Source: Pirellulales bacterium (GTDB taxonomy: Bacteria; Planctomycetota; Planctomycetia; Pirellulales; PALSA-1355). From it: DNA of 64,000 nt. The DNA lies in NCBI GenBank assembly GCA_963733035.1, contig CAVTBU010000005.1:1792001-1856000 (forward strand). The letters are read 5' to 3'. Positions 31,601 to 40,430 of the stretch are shown one piece after another. The position numbers and the translations under genes are program-made. Under the pieces are notes generated by a model. It did no database searches, had not been told where the DNA came from, and saw only the letters and a list, made by a program, of their open reading frames with translations. Each line of letters opens with the position of its first letter. Position 1 is the first letter of the stretch.

Positions 31601-31734
31601 ATGAATCGCCTTCGCCGTGCTACTGCTTCACTACGCGCCGATCCTTGCCTCTTCAGCAGCAGCCAACTCCTGCGGCGCGAGCGTCCGCGTATTCGCCAAG
31701 ACGTCCGACCAAAAAACGGCTTGGAAACTCCGAA

Positions 31735-32169
31735 TCATTTCTTCTTTCCCGACGAATTGAGAGCGACAGCCGCGCGGATGAGATCCTTGAATGCCGCTTC
31801 GTTGATCTTGTCGTCTTGCTGGATATCGATGGCGCGCCGGACGTTCCCATCCATGCTCGCATTGAATAAACCCGCGGGATCTTTAAGAGAGGCTCCCTTG
31901 GCAAAGGTAAGCTTCACCTTGTCCTTGTAGGTCTCGCCGGTGCAAAGAATCCCGTCGTGGGACCAAACTGGGACCCCCGCCATCGCGTTCGACGGCTTTC
32001 TCCATTTCACCTCCTCGACCACATCGGGGTCGGCCTGCTCGATCAGACGGCGAATCCGGGAGAGCACTTCGCCCCGCCAGTCGGTTCGCTCCTGAAGTCT
32101 CGCGTCGATCGGCCTGGTTCCCGCCTGCTTCGTGGCCTTCGCCGACGTCTGGGACGTCTTGTTGGGCAT
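31735..32169 (-). CDS. DUF1801/YdhG-like protein
   Basis: DWRG..L..IR.LI..ADP.V.EEVKW, VKLTF.KGASL.DP.GLFN, RRAID. Confidence 0.85.
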   Translation of the reverse strand: MPNKTSQTSAKATKQAGTRPIDARLQERTDWRGEVLSRIRRLIEQADPDVVEEVKWRKPSNAMAGVPVWSHDGILCTGETYKDKVKLTFAKGASLKDPAGLFNASMDGNVRRAIDIQQDDKINEAAFKDLIRAAVALNSSGKKK

Positions 32170-32448
32170 TGTGTTTACTCCAGAACTGCGGTGCTACGGT
32201 CCGAGCCACCCGGCGATCTTAATAAACATAACCGGGTGCGGGAATGCTCTCGACGCGATGAAGACCTGCCCGCGAACCGGCCGACTGCAATTACAGCACG
32301 TTCGCTCAGAACCCAACGCTCAGTCAATGGTGTGGCCAGCTTGGATGCGTGTCTAATGCCAAAATGTGAAATTGGCGTCAGCTTGACCGTCGCGGCCCGC
32401 GCGCAACGGCGCACCCACCGAGAGACGGCCCGCCGGGTCACCGTCGCT

Positions 32449-33048
32449 TTATTGCCGCGCGTCGAATCGGAACGGTCTGCGACGCCGGTGAACTGCAAAC
32501 CAGGCTGCCGTCATCCCGGCGATTCCCAATGCGAGACCAGACGGTTCGGGAACCGTCCCGACCACTCCGGCAAAATTTGTGGGCGCGGCGATGACGGTCG
32601 AGCCACTTCGATCGAGCGCGTGGATGCCATCGGACGGCAGCGCGGGGAAATTGAAACTGTCGACGCCGGCGTAATTCAACGTATCGCCATTCGGATCAAA
32701 AAAGGGGGCGACCGGAAATGTGTAGTCGGGCACGACGCCCGCAACGGCTGAGAATCCGGGCGTGGCAATCAGCACGTGTTGACCGGCGACCGGAACGCTC
32801 GGGAGATTGGAACCAAAGATGAGGGAATTCGAATTCAAACCGGCCGATATCGCGTGCCCTGCCAAAAAACTTTCATCGTCAAAGTCGAATGGCAAAACAA
32901 GGTCGACGTACTGCACACTTCCGCTGGCATTCGAATAGACCTCGCTGATCTGCCAGAGGTGGAAGGTCGCCTGCGCTGGCGAAGCCGCGCAAGTGAGAAT
33001 CAACGCAATGCCGCAGCACAGTCCAGCGTAACGGTTAGCAAAAGTCAT
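32449..33048 (-). CDS. PEP-CTERM sorting domain protein
   Basis: Signal peptide; C-terminal VPEPSGLAL.., a TM helix and RRRR. Confidence 0.88.
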   Translation of the reverse strand: MTFANRYAGLCCGIALILTCAASPAQATFHLWQISEVYSNASGSVQYVDLVLPFDFDDESFLAGHAISAGLNSNSLIFGSNLPSVPVAGQHVLIATPGFSAVAGVVPDYTFPVAPFFDPNGDTLNYAGVDSFNFPALPSDGIHALDRSGSTVIAAPTNFAGVVGTVPEPSGLALGIAGMTAAWFAVHRRRRPFRFDARQ

Positions 33049-33087
33049 AGTCAGTAGTCCTCAAAGACGTGGCTAGTTCGCGAATGT

Positions 33088-34524
33088 TCAAACTCGTTTG
33101 TTCCAGTCAGCAGGTCGCTTTCGTCGGCGCAGGAGGGTCACCGCAACCAAGGCAAGTGCCGCGCTCGCCATCAGTACGAGCGTATCCGGTTCCGGAACGG
33201 GCACGAGTTCCAGAACCACGCCGGTCGAACCTGTTGGACCCAACAGGCTGCTGCCCATCACGTACAGCTCGCCGTTCTGATCCTCACCGAATCCCTTGAC
33301 GAACAAGCCCAGGGCGCGGTCGTCGAGCCCGATTTTCAATTCTTGAATCAAGCCAGTGGCCAGATCGGCGTAAAAGAGTCGTCCGGACGGCGAGCCGAAG
33401 CCTTGCGAGAAGTCGCCAAACACATACTTGCCGTCGAGCTCGGGGAACGCGCTGCCGTGATAAACGAAACCGCCCACGACGGCGATACCCTCGTCGTGGT
33501 CGTATTCGGCGACCGGATCAATCAGGCCGGCCGGCAAGCCGGGACTGTCGCTAAGCACATTACCTGTCGTCGGGTCGAACAGGAACGTCCCTTCTTTGAC
33601 GTGCCAGCCATAGTTCCCGCCGCTAATCACCTTGTCGATTTCTTCGATGTGGTTCTGCCCGACGTCGGCAACGATCAGATCGCCCGTCGGCTTGTCGAAC
33701 GAGAATCGGAACGGATTGCGGAAACCATCGGCAAAGATTTCGGCCACACCGCCGCCGCCAACGAACGGGTTGTCGGCGGGAATTCCATACTGGCCGTTGG
33801 CGCTGTTATTGCCCGCGACGTCGATGCGTAGCACGCTCCCCAGCACATTGCTCGGATCCTGGCCGTTGCCGGTGGTTGGATTGTGTCCGTCGCCCACGTC
33901 GTTGGCGTTGCCACCGTCACCCAGAGAGATGTACAGATCCTTGTCGGGTCCGAATGCCAGCATGCCGCCGTTGTGGTTGGCCTGCGGCTCGTCGATCCGC
34001 ATAATCTCGCGGGGAGCGACATTGGGGTCGATCTGCAACGGATTGCCGGCGCTCACCGTCCATTCGTTGACGACGCTTTGATGGTTGAACGAGGTTCCCG
34101 CCGGCAACGGAACCGTGAAGTCGGCCGGGCGACTGACCGGTTCACTCGAGTAGGTGTAGAGCTTATGAAAACCCGCGGCGCCGGGATCGTTGAAATCGGG
34201 GTTAAAGGCCAGGCCGAGCAGGCCTCGCTCGTCGTAGTTGGGGTTTAGCGAAACCAGGCGACTGCCGAGATCGCCGAACAAGCCGGGTTGCAGCGTGCCG
34301 TTCTGGATGATCCCCATCTGGCCGCTCTGATCGACCGCGATCAATCGTCCGCTGCCGTCTGGCACCGGAACCAGCGTGTTCGGCCCGACCAGGCCGCTGG
34401 CCACGGTTTTCAGCTCCACGGTGACGGAGCCCTTGGCGATGGGGGCGGCTATTTGAGCTCTGGCCGATGACGCGGCGACCGCCAGGATCAACAGCCAACA
34501 GGCTGGAATGCAACAGCGCAGCAT
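33088..34524 (-). CDS. PQQ-dependent sugar dehydrogenase (GSDH/HHIP-like) with PEP-CTERM tail
   Basis: ERGLLGLAF.P.F, NHNGG.L.FGPD..LYI..GDGG, GFRNPFRFSFD, GGNYGW; C-terminal VPEP, TM helix and RRRKR. Confidence 0.9.
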   Translation of the reverse strand: MLRCCIPACWLLILAVAASSARAQIAAPIAKGSVTVELKTVASGLVGPNTLVPVPDGSGRLIAVDQSGQMGIIQNGTLQPGLFGDLGSRLVSLNPNYDERGLLGLAFNPDFNDPGAAGFHKLYTYSSEPVSRPADFTVPLPAGTSFNHQSVVNEWTVSAGNPLQIDPNVAPREIMRIDEPQANHNGGMLAFGPDKDLYISLGDGGNANDVGDGHNPTTGNGQDPSNVLGSVLRIDVAGNNSANGQYGIPADNPFVGGGGVAEIFADGFRNPFRFSFDKPTGDLIVADVGQNHIEEIDKVISGGNYGWHVKEGTFLFDPTTGNVLSDSPGLPAGLIDPVAEYDHDEGIAVVGGFVYHGSAFPELDGKYVFGDFSQGFGSPSGRLFYADLATGLIQELKIGLDDRALGLFVKGFGEDQNGELYVMGSSLLGPTGSTGVVLELVPVPEPDTLVLMASAALALVAVTLLRRRKRPADWNKRV

Positions 34525-34698
34525 GGAAGCACCTCTTAGCAAATAAGGAAGCAACGAGAATTCGCGGCGCTTGAGGCGTTCCGCGAATCGAGCAACTGCC
34601 GGCTGGCGGGCTTCGGCGAAAATCAGGTCCGCGTCCGAATCACGGGCCGCCGGCACGTTCTAAGAAGTGATATTCACTGGCTTTCCCGAGAAAGGAGT

Positions 34699-34754
34699 AT
34701 ATGCATTGCATATCAACAAATACGGTACTATGATTGACAAATCGTTGCAATCAT
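34699..34754. promoter_or_regulatory. Overlapping divergent sigma70-like promoters with two perfect palindromes
   Basis: Plus strand: TTGCAT(34706)-N17-TATGAT(34729). Minus strand: TTGCAA(34750)-N17-TACCGT. Palindromes ATATGCA-T-TGCATAT (34699-34713) and ATGATTG-N11-CAATCAT (34730-34754). Confidence 0.55.
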
Positions 34755-34918
34755 TTTCCTGAAAAAACGTGGGATTTTTGCGACCGCGTGATCCCGCGTT
34801 GGCAATTACTGCCGCGAAACGGTGAGCACTCCGCACCCGCAGCAGGTCCAGTGCTCATAGACATTACGTTCAAGAGGAGTCCCGCGGATTTGCGAAAAAA
34901 AGTTTTCTTGTCAGATAC

Positions 34919-34945
34919 CCATCCAAAACCGGGCGTGCGCACGTA
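34919..34945 (+). promoter_or_regulatory. Candidate ECF autoregulatory promoter
   Basis: CCATCC-N17-CGTA about 100 nt upstream of the ECF sigma gene; resembles RpoE-ChrR/SigK-type promoters. Confidence 0.45.
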
Positions 34946-35047
34946 CACGTTCTGGGTGAGTCAAATTGGCACAGCGGAGTTTCATGGAGTTGATCAACTT
35001 CGGGGCAGGCCAGTGCACCGGCGACTTTCATTGTCGCGCGGAGGGAA

Positions 35048-35710
35048 ATGAGTCGAGAGGCGGGCAGCCCAAATGATCACCGCGGCGACTTAACTGGGGC
35101 GAGCGTTGATCGTGCCAGTGCGCGTGGCAGTGCGCGCCGAGTGTCGGCCGATACCACGGCCCTCGAAAAGTGTACCGATTCGCAACTGATCGCGTTGGTG
35201 GCCGTACAAGATGCCGCCGCTTTTGCTACGTTTTTTGACCGTCATGCAAACCGAGTGATGGCGCTGGCTGTTCGATTATTGGGACATCGCGCTGACGCCG
35301 AAGACGTCGTTCAGGAAGTGTTCTGGCAAGTCTGGCGCACGGCTGCCCGGTACCAACCACAGCGGGCGCAGCCGATCGCCTGGCTTATGGCCATTGCGAG
35401 TTCGCGTGCGATTGACGGACTGCGAAGTCGCGGCGCCGCCTCCCGCTGCAGTGTGCAAACCAACGCACTCGAAACCATATCCGGTCAGGATGAACCGTTA
35501 ACACTCAGGTTGGAGCTACAGTCATTGCTCGAGCGTCTGTCCGCGGAGCAAAAACAGGTCATCGAAATGGCATTTCTAGAGGGTCGAACGCACGTGGAGA
35601 TAGCGGCGCGCGAGAACCTGCCGTTGGGGACGGTGAAGACACGCATTGCGCTGGGTATGCGTCGGCTTCGCGGCTGGTTGGCGGAGTGGCGCGAGGAAGG
35701 CAAGCCATGA
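35048..35710 (+). CDS. ECF RNA polymerase sigma factor
   Basis: Region 2 AEDVVQEVFWQVWR..WL..IA..RAID; region 4 H.EIA....PLGTVKTRI..G...LR. Confidence 0.93.
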   Translation: MSREAGSPNDHRGDLTGASVDRASARGSARRVSADTTALEKCTDSQLIALVAVQDAAAFATFFDRHANRVMALAVRLLGHRADAEDVVQEVFWQVWRTAARYQPQRAQPIAWLMAIASSRAIDGLRSRGAASRCSVQTNALETISGQDEPLTLRLELQSLLERLSAEQKQVIEMAFLEGRTHVEIAARENLPLGTVKTRIALGMRRLRGWLAEWREEGKP

Positions 35711-36411
35711 GCGACCAGCGTCTCTTGAACGAATCGGAGTTGCTGGCCGCCCTGTTTGTGGCCGGCGCGCTACCCAAGGCGGAACGGCTGGCGTTTCTCC
35801 AACGTGTGGCCGACGGCGATATCCCTTGCGCCGAGCAACTAGCCGACTACCTCGATGTGCTGTCGCCTTTGCCAGCCAGCCGCCTCGAAGTGCTGCGAGG
35901 CAGAATTCTCTCGAACGTGGTCGCCGATGACCAGCTCGATCGCCCTGAAACGGAAACCAGCCAATCCATTCGTCGTTCGTCGTCAACTGGCCCGAAGACA
36001 GCCGCACGGACCGGCGGCGTGTCGGAAGGCGAAAATCGGCCGAGCGGAACAGGAAAAAAGCAGGGGCAACCCGTGTTGGATCCATCGGGATGCTATATCC
36101 TTCCTGCCACCGCGGGGACGTGGAACGAAACGGGCTATCCGGGTATTTCGATCCGCCAGCTCTACGTCGACCATCCGCGAGGGCAGTTTACTGCCCTGGT
36201 GCGAATGAATGCCGGCGCCGTTTTTCCAGCCCATTCGCACGAATTCGCTGAGGAGTGTCTGGTCCTCGAAGGCGACCTGCGGTTCGGCGACAAGGTGTTG
36301 TACGCGGGTGATTTCTTGCGCACGGCTCCCGGCTTCCAGCAGCAGGAACAGACGACCGGCAGCGGATGCCTCTTATACATAACCGGCCCCATCGAATCAC
36401 AGCTGGACTGA
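35707..36411 (+). CDS. Anti-sigma factor with ChrR-like cupin domain
   Basis: ATGA overlap with the sigma stop; N-terminal anti-sigma-like helices; cupin FPAHSH...EECLVLEGD...GDF. Confidence 0.85.
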   Translation: MSDQRLLNESELLAALFVAGALPKAERLAFLQRVADGDIPCAEQLADYLDVLSPLPASRLEVLRGRILSNVVADDQLDRPETETSQSIRRSSSTGPKTAARTGGVSEGENRPSGTGKKQGQPVLDPSGCYILPATAGTWNETGYPGISIRQLYVDHPRGQFTALVRMNAGAVFPAHSHEFAEECLVLEGDLRFGDKVLYAGDFLRTAPGFQQQEQTTGSGCLLYITGPIESQLD

Positions 36412-36432
36412 CATCGGCCCCCATAAACACGT

Positions 36433-36740
36433 GAGCTACAAATCAGGAAAGTCTCCCCTGGTTGTGGTTCCGCAGCGGCCCGCGTCGCGTGAATGTGTCA
36501 CCGCGACGTGGGCCGTTTAAACTTCCAGCTGAATTAAAGGGGACGGGAATCGCGTCCCCTTTAGTTACTCTGGGCGAGCTCAGCCCGAGTCTCCAAGTGA
36601 GTTGTTCCCAGTCCGGAGCGCAGCACAGCCAACGCTTCTGACCCCTGGCCCCCACTTTCGATTGTGGGGCTTGGCCGAAGTCGATGATTGCGGCCAGATA
36701 CGGTCCGAATTCATCGGGCCGCCAGTATTCAATGGCTGGC
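36433..36740 (+). other. Run of consecutive hairpins after the ECF operon (terminator, REP-like elements or structured RNA)
   Basis: Stems of 14-16 bp at 36433-36470, 36474-36517 and 36532-36566, plus about five shorter hairpins up to 36740. G-U pairs favour the plus strand. Confidence 0.45.
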
Positions 36741-36974
36741 TGGATTTGAAGCGCGCGGGTGCCGGCCACGTACCGAACCGCGCCAGTCTTGCCGACGGCG
36801 CCCTATTTGAAATCGCTGAGACCTTGGCCTTGCCCCCAAACAGCAGGGTGATCGGCGTTGTATTCCAGCGCAAGCTTACAACTCCGTAATGCTCTAAAGG
36901 GTTTGCGACAAGAAGATGAAAAAATTGCGCGTTCGCGCTGGCAATCTGCCAGCATGGACGGCATGCTTGGTGGG

Positions 36975-37082
36975 GGATCACTTCCACTCGAACACAGGAT
37001 AGGCGCCCGGTTACAAGTTGCTCTTGGGCCGCTTGAACAAAGATAGGCGCCATACTTGAAGTTGGATCGCGTCCACTCGAAC
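36975..37082 (+). repeat. Degenerate ~44-45 bp tandem repeat upstream of the orphan RND permease
   Basis: GATAGGCGCC-N7-AAGTTG occurs twice (36998 and 37042); GGATC-N3-TCCACTCGAAC occurs twice (36975 and 37064). Confidence 0.6.
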
Positions 37083-37199
37083 GAGGGCACTGTTACCCAA
37101 CGAGCGAGCAACTACTCGACGGCTGGGTAGCAAGGCGTCGAGGGACGTTATCCGCACGAGACCGAGCGCAGTCCGAGGTTCCTTCGGAGGGCAAGTGCG

Positions 37200-40100
37200 G
37201 TGACCGGCCTGATCAAGCTGGCGTTGCGCAATCCTAGAGCCGTCACGGTGACGATGCTCACCGTGGTTACCTTTGGCGTTCTGTCGCTGCGGATGATTCC
37301 GATCGACATTCTGCCGGTCTTCAAGAGTCCGGCGGTGCAGGTGCTGACTTTCTACAACGGCATGCCGGCCGACAGCATCGAGAAGGACATCACCAACCGG
37401 ATGGAGCGGTGGACCGGCCAGGCTGCCGGAACGATGCGCCAGGAATCGCGCTCGATTCTCGGCGCGAGTATTATCCGCAATTACTATAGCGGCGATACGA
37501 ACCCGAACGGCGCGCTTACGCAGGTCAATTCGCTGGCCTCGGCGGCCATACCCAACCTGCCGCCCGGCACGCTGCCACCGGTGATCCTGCCCTTTGATCC
37601 CACCAGTACCGTTCCGGCTTGCATCATCGCCTTGGACAGCAAGTCGCAATCCGAGTCGATCCTCTACGACGTGGGCCGCTACGAGGTACGCAACATGATC
37701 ATGGGCGTGCCCGGCGCGGTTGCGCCTGTGGTTTATGGCGGAAAACTGCGCACCGTGATGGCCTATGTCGACCGCACGAAGCTGCAAGCGCGCCAACTAT
37801 CGCCGGTCGGCGTAATGAACGCGCTGGACAGCTACAACCTGTTCTTGCCCACAGGCGACGCCAAGTTCGGCTCGATGGACTACGCCATCGATTCCAACTC
37901 GATGTATGACCTGGTGGAGCGGATGGGCGACATTCCCTTGCGCACCGAACACGGCAATGCGGCGTTCCTGAAGGACGTGGCCACGCTGAAAGACGCTTCG
38001 TTCATCCAGACCAACGTCGTGCGGGTGAACGGTCGTCGCCAGGTGTACATTCCGGTGTTTCGCCAGATGGGATCCAGCACGCTCAACGTGGTCAATAAGC
38101 TGAGAGAGGCCGTGCCGGAGATGACGGACAAGGTGACGCGGCCCGACATCAATCTCAAACTGGTCATGGACCAGTCCGTTTATGTCCGGCACTCCATCGA
38201 GAGCCTGTTCGAAGAAGGAGTGCTTGGCGCGGTGCTTTGCTCGCTGGTGATTCTATTGTTTCTCGGGCAGTTGCGTATGACGGCGATTGCCGTGTTGATG
38301 ATTCCGGCGGCCATTCTGGCGGCCATCGGCTGCCTCTATGCCGCTGGCGAAACGATCAATGTGATGACGCTGGCCGGCCTGGCGCTATCGATTGGTCCGC
38401 TGGTGGACTTGGCCATCGTCGTGTTGGAAAACACACACCGACACCTGGGAATCGTCGGCGAACCGCACAGGGCGGCCTACAACGGCGCGACCGAAGTCGT
38501 GCTGCCATTGCTTGTCGCCACTTGCAGCACCTTGCTTGTCCTGGCGCCGCTGGCGGTAATGCCCGGTTCTGGCCAGTTCCTATTCAAGCCGATGGCGCTG
38601 GCCGTCGCCTTCGCCATGCTTTGCGCGTTGGTTATGGCCATGTACTTTGTGCCGTCTCGATGCGCGACATGGTTGAAGCCGCATGATGATGATGCGGGCA
38701 AAAAAGAAGGATACTTCGGCAAGCTGTTCGCCCGCTGGGAGGCATTGATCGACCGAGCGATTCAAGCGTACGTGCGCTTGCTCAATATCGTCATGCGAGC
38801 ACGACTCTTGACGGTCGGCAGCGCCGTCGTGCTGCTGGTCGCCACGGTGGCCTTGCTGGGAACCCGGCTCCGCCGCGAGTTTTTTCCGGAGGTGGACGCC
38901 GGATCCTTCGAGATCTACGTGCGTGGTGCCTCAGGCACCCGGATCGAGGTCAGCGAAGAACGCATCGTCCAGGTGGAGCGCTATATCAAGGAGAAGGTTG
39001 GCGCGGACCTACAGTTGATCATTAGCGAGTTGGGCGTCACGCCCGACTGGTCGGCAGCCTACACTCCAAACTCCGGTCCAATGGACAGCGTCGTCAAGGT
39101 CCAGCTTGGTGAGGATCGCGAAAAATCGGCGCAGGAGTATGTCGACATCCTGCGCGAAGGTTTTGCCGCGGCTCCGGAATTTGCCCAGCTCGAGTTTGCC
39201 TTTGATGCCGGGGGCATGATCCGGGGCGCCATGAACGAAGGCAAATCGACGCCCATCAACATTCGTATCACCAGCAAGGACCTGGCATTGGCCCATCGCA
39301 TTGCCAGCGAGATCGAGAAAAAGGTCAAATCGATCGACGGCGTGGTCGATTGCCGCATCCTGCAACGGCTCGACTACCCCAAGTACATCATTGACGTCGA
39401 CCGCACCAAGGCGGCCGATCTGGGCCTGGATCAGTCCGATGTGATGAAAAATGTCGTCGCGGCGCTCAACTCAAGCATTCAATTCAACAAGCACAATTTC
39501 TGGATCGATCCGGTCAGCCACAACCAATACTTCGTCGGTGTGCAGTATCCCGAGCGGGATATCAAAACGGTCGACACCCTACTCGATATTCCCGTTTCCA
39601 GCCCCTTGCAGAAGCGGCCGATTCCGCTGCGCAACATTGCCAGCTTGCGGCGATCGAAGGATCCGGCCGAAGTCACGCATGCCAATTTGCAACCCACCAT
39701 TGACTTGACGATCGGCGTCTCCAAGCGCGATTTGGGTCATGTTGCCGTCGATGTGGCCAATGCGGTTGAAGCGTTTGGGGTAGAGGATTCGCCCGGCGTG
39801 TGGACGCCTTACGACCCGAACTCCGCCGAAAAGAAGCTCATCGGTGGAAGCAAGATCACCTTGACGGGTGAATACACGCGGATGCAGGACACGTTTCGGA
39901 ATCTCGGCATCGGCCTGATACTGGCGTCGCTATTGATCTACTTTCTGATCGTCGCACTGGTCAAGTCGTTCATCACACCGCTGGTGGTCTTGACCGCCGT
40001 GCCGTTTGGCATTGTGGGTGTGATCATCATGCTCTACCTGACGAACACCGCCATCAACGTGCAATCCCTTTTGGGTGTGATCTTCATGGTCGGAATCGTC

Positions 40101-40430
40101 GTGTCGAATACCGTGCTGCTGACCGACTTTGCCCAGAAGTTGCGCCTCGAAGAGCATCTGTCGCCAACCGACGCCATCAAGCGGGCGGCAGCCGTGCGCG
40201 TCCGGCCGGTTGTGATGACCGCTTGCGCGGCGTTCTTTGCCCTGTTGCCGATGGCGATGGCACTCGCTCGTGGCAGCGAAGCGAACGCTCCCTTGGGGCG
40301 AGCGGTCATCGGCGGTTTGTTGGCGGGCCTGATTACGACGTTACTCGTCGTGCCGGCGCTCTATTCGCTCCTGTTGCGCGACGATCGTGACCTAGAGCCA
40401 GTTGACATCGACGCGCTACTGGCCGATTGA
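37200..40430 (+). CDS. RND efflux transporter permease subunit (no adjacent MFP or TolC)
   Basis: GTG start after GGAGG; LPPGTLPP, INVMTLAGLALSIGPLVD, RVRPVVMT and APLGRAVIGGL. Confidence 0.92.
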   Translation: MTGLIKLALRNPRAVTVTMLTVVTFGVLSLRMIPIDILPVFKSPAVQVLTFYNGMPADSIEKDITNRMERWTGQAAGTMRQESRSILGASIIRNYYSGDTNPNGALTQVNSLASAAIPNLPPGTLPPVILPFDPTSTVPACIIALDSKSQSESILYDVGRYEVRNMIMGVPGAVAPVVYGGKLRTVMAYVDRTKLQARQLSPVGVMNALDSYNLFLPTGDAKFGSMDYAIDSNSMYDLVERMGDIPLRTEHGNAAFLKDVATLKDASFIQTNVVRVNGRRQVYIPVFRQMGSSTLNVVNKLREAVPEMTDKVTRPDINLKLVMDQSVYVRHSIESLFEEGVLGAVLCSLVILLFLGQLRMTAIAVLMIPAAILAAIGCLYAAGETINVMTLAGLALSIGPLVDLAIVVLENTHRHLGIVGEPHRAAYNGATEVVLPLLVATCSTLLVLAPLAVMPGSGQFLFKPMALAVAFAMLCALVMAMYFVPSRCATWLKPHDDDAGKKEGYFGKLFARWEALIDRAIQAYVRLLNIVMRARLLTVGSAVVLLVATVALLGTRLRREFFPEVDAGSFEIYVRGASGTRIEVSEERIVQVERYIKEKVGADLQLIISELGVTPDWSAAYTPNSGPMDSVVKVQLGEDREKSAQEYVDILREGFAAAPEFAQLEFAFDAGGMIRGAMNEGKSTPINIRITSKDLALAHRIASEIEKKVKSIDGVVDCRILQRLDYPKYIIDVDRTKAADLGLDQSDVMKNVVAALNSSIQFNKHNFWIDPVSHNQYFVGVQYPERDIKTVDTLLDIPVSSPLQKRPIPLRNIASLRRSKDPAEVTHANLQPTIDLTIGVSKRDLGHVAVDVANAVEAFGVEDSPGVWTPYDPNSAEKKLIGGSKITLTGEYTRMQDTFRNLGIGLILASLLIYFLIVALVKSFITPLVVLTAVPFGIVGVIIMLYLTNTAINVQSLLGVIFMVGIVVSNTVLLTDFAQKLRLEEHLSPTDAIKRAAAVRVRPVVMTACAAFFALLPMAMALARGSEANAPLGRAVIGGLLAGLITTLLVVPALYSLLLRDDRDLEPVDIDALLAD

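Noticed and set aside
36975..37082. Mini CRISPR array
   Set aside because: The repeats are degenerate, the period is too short for repeat plus spacer, and there are no cas genes.
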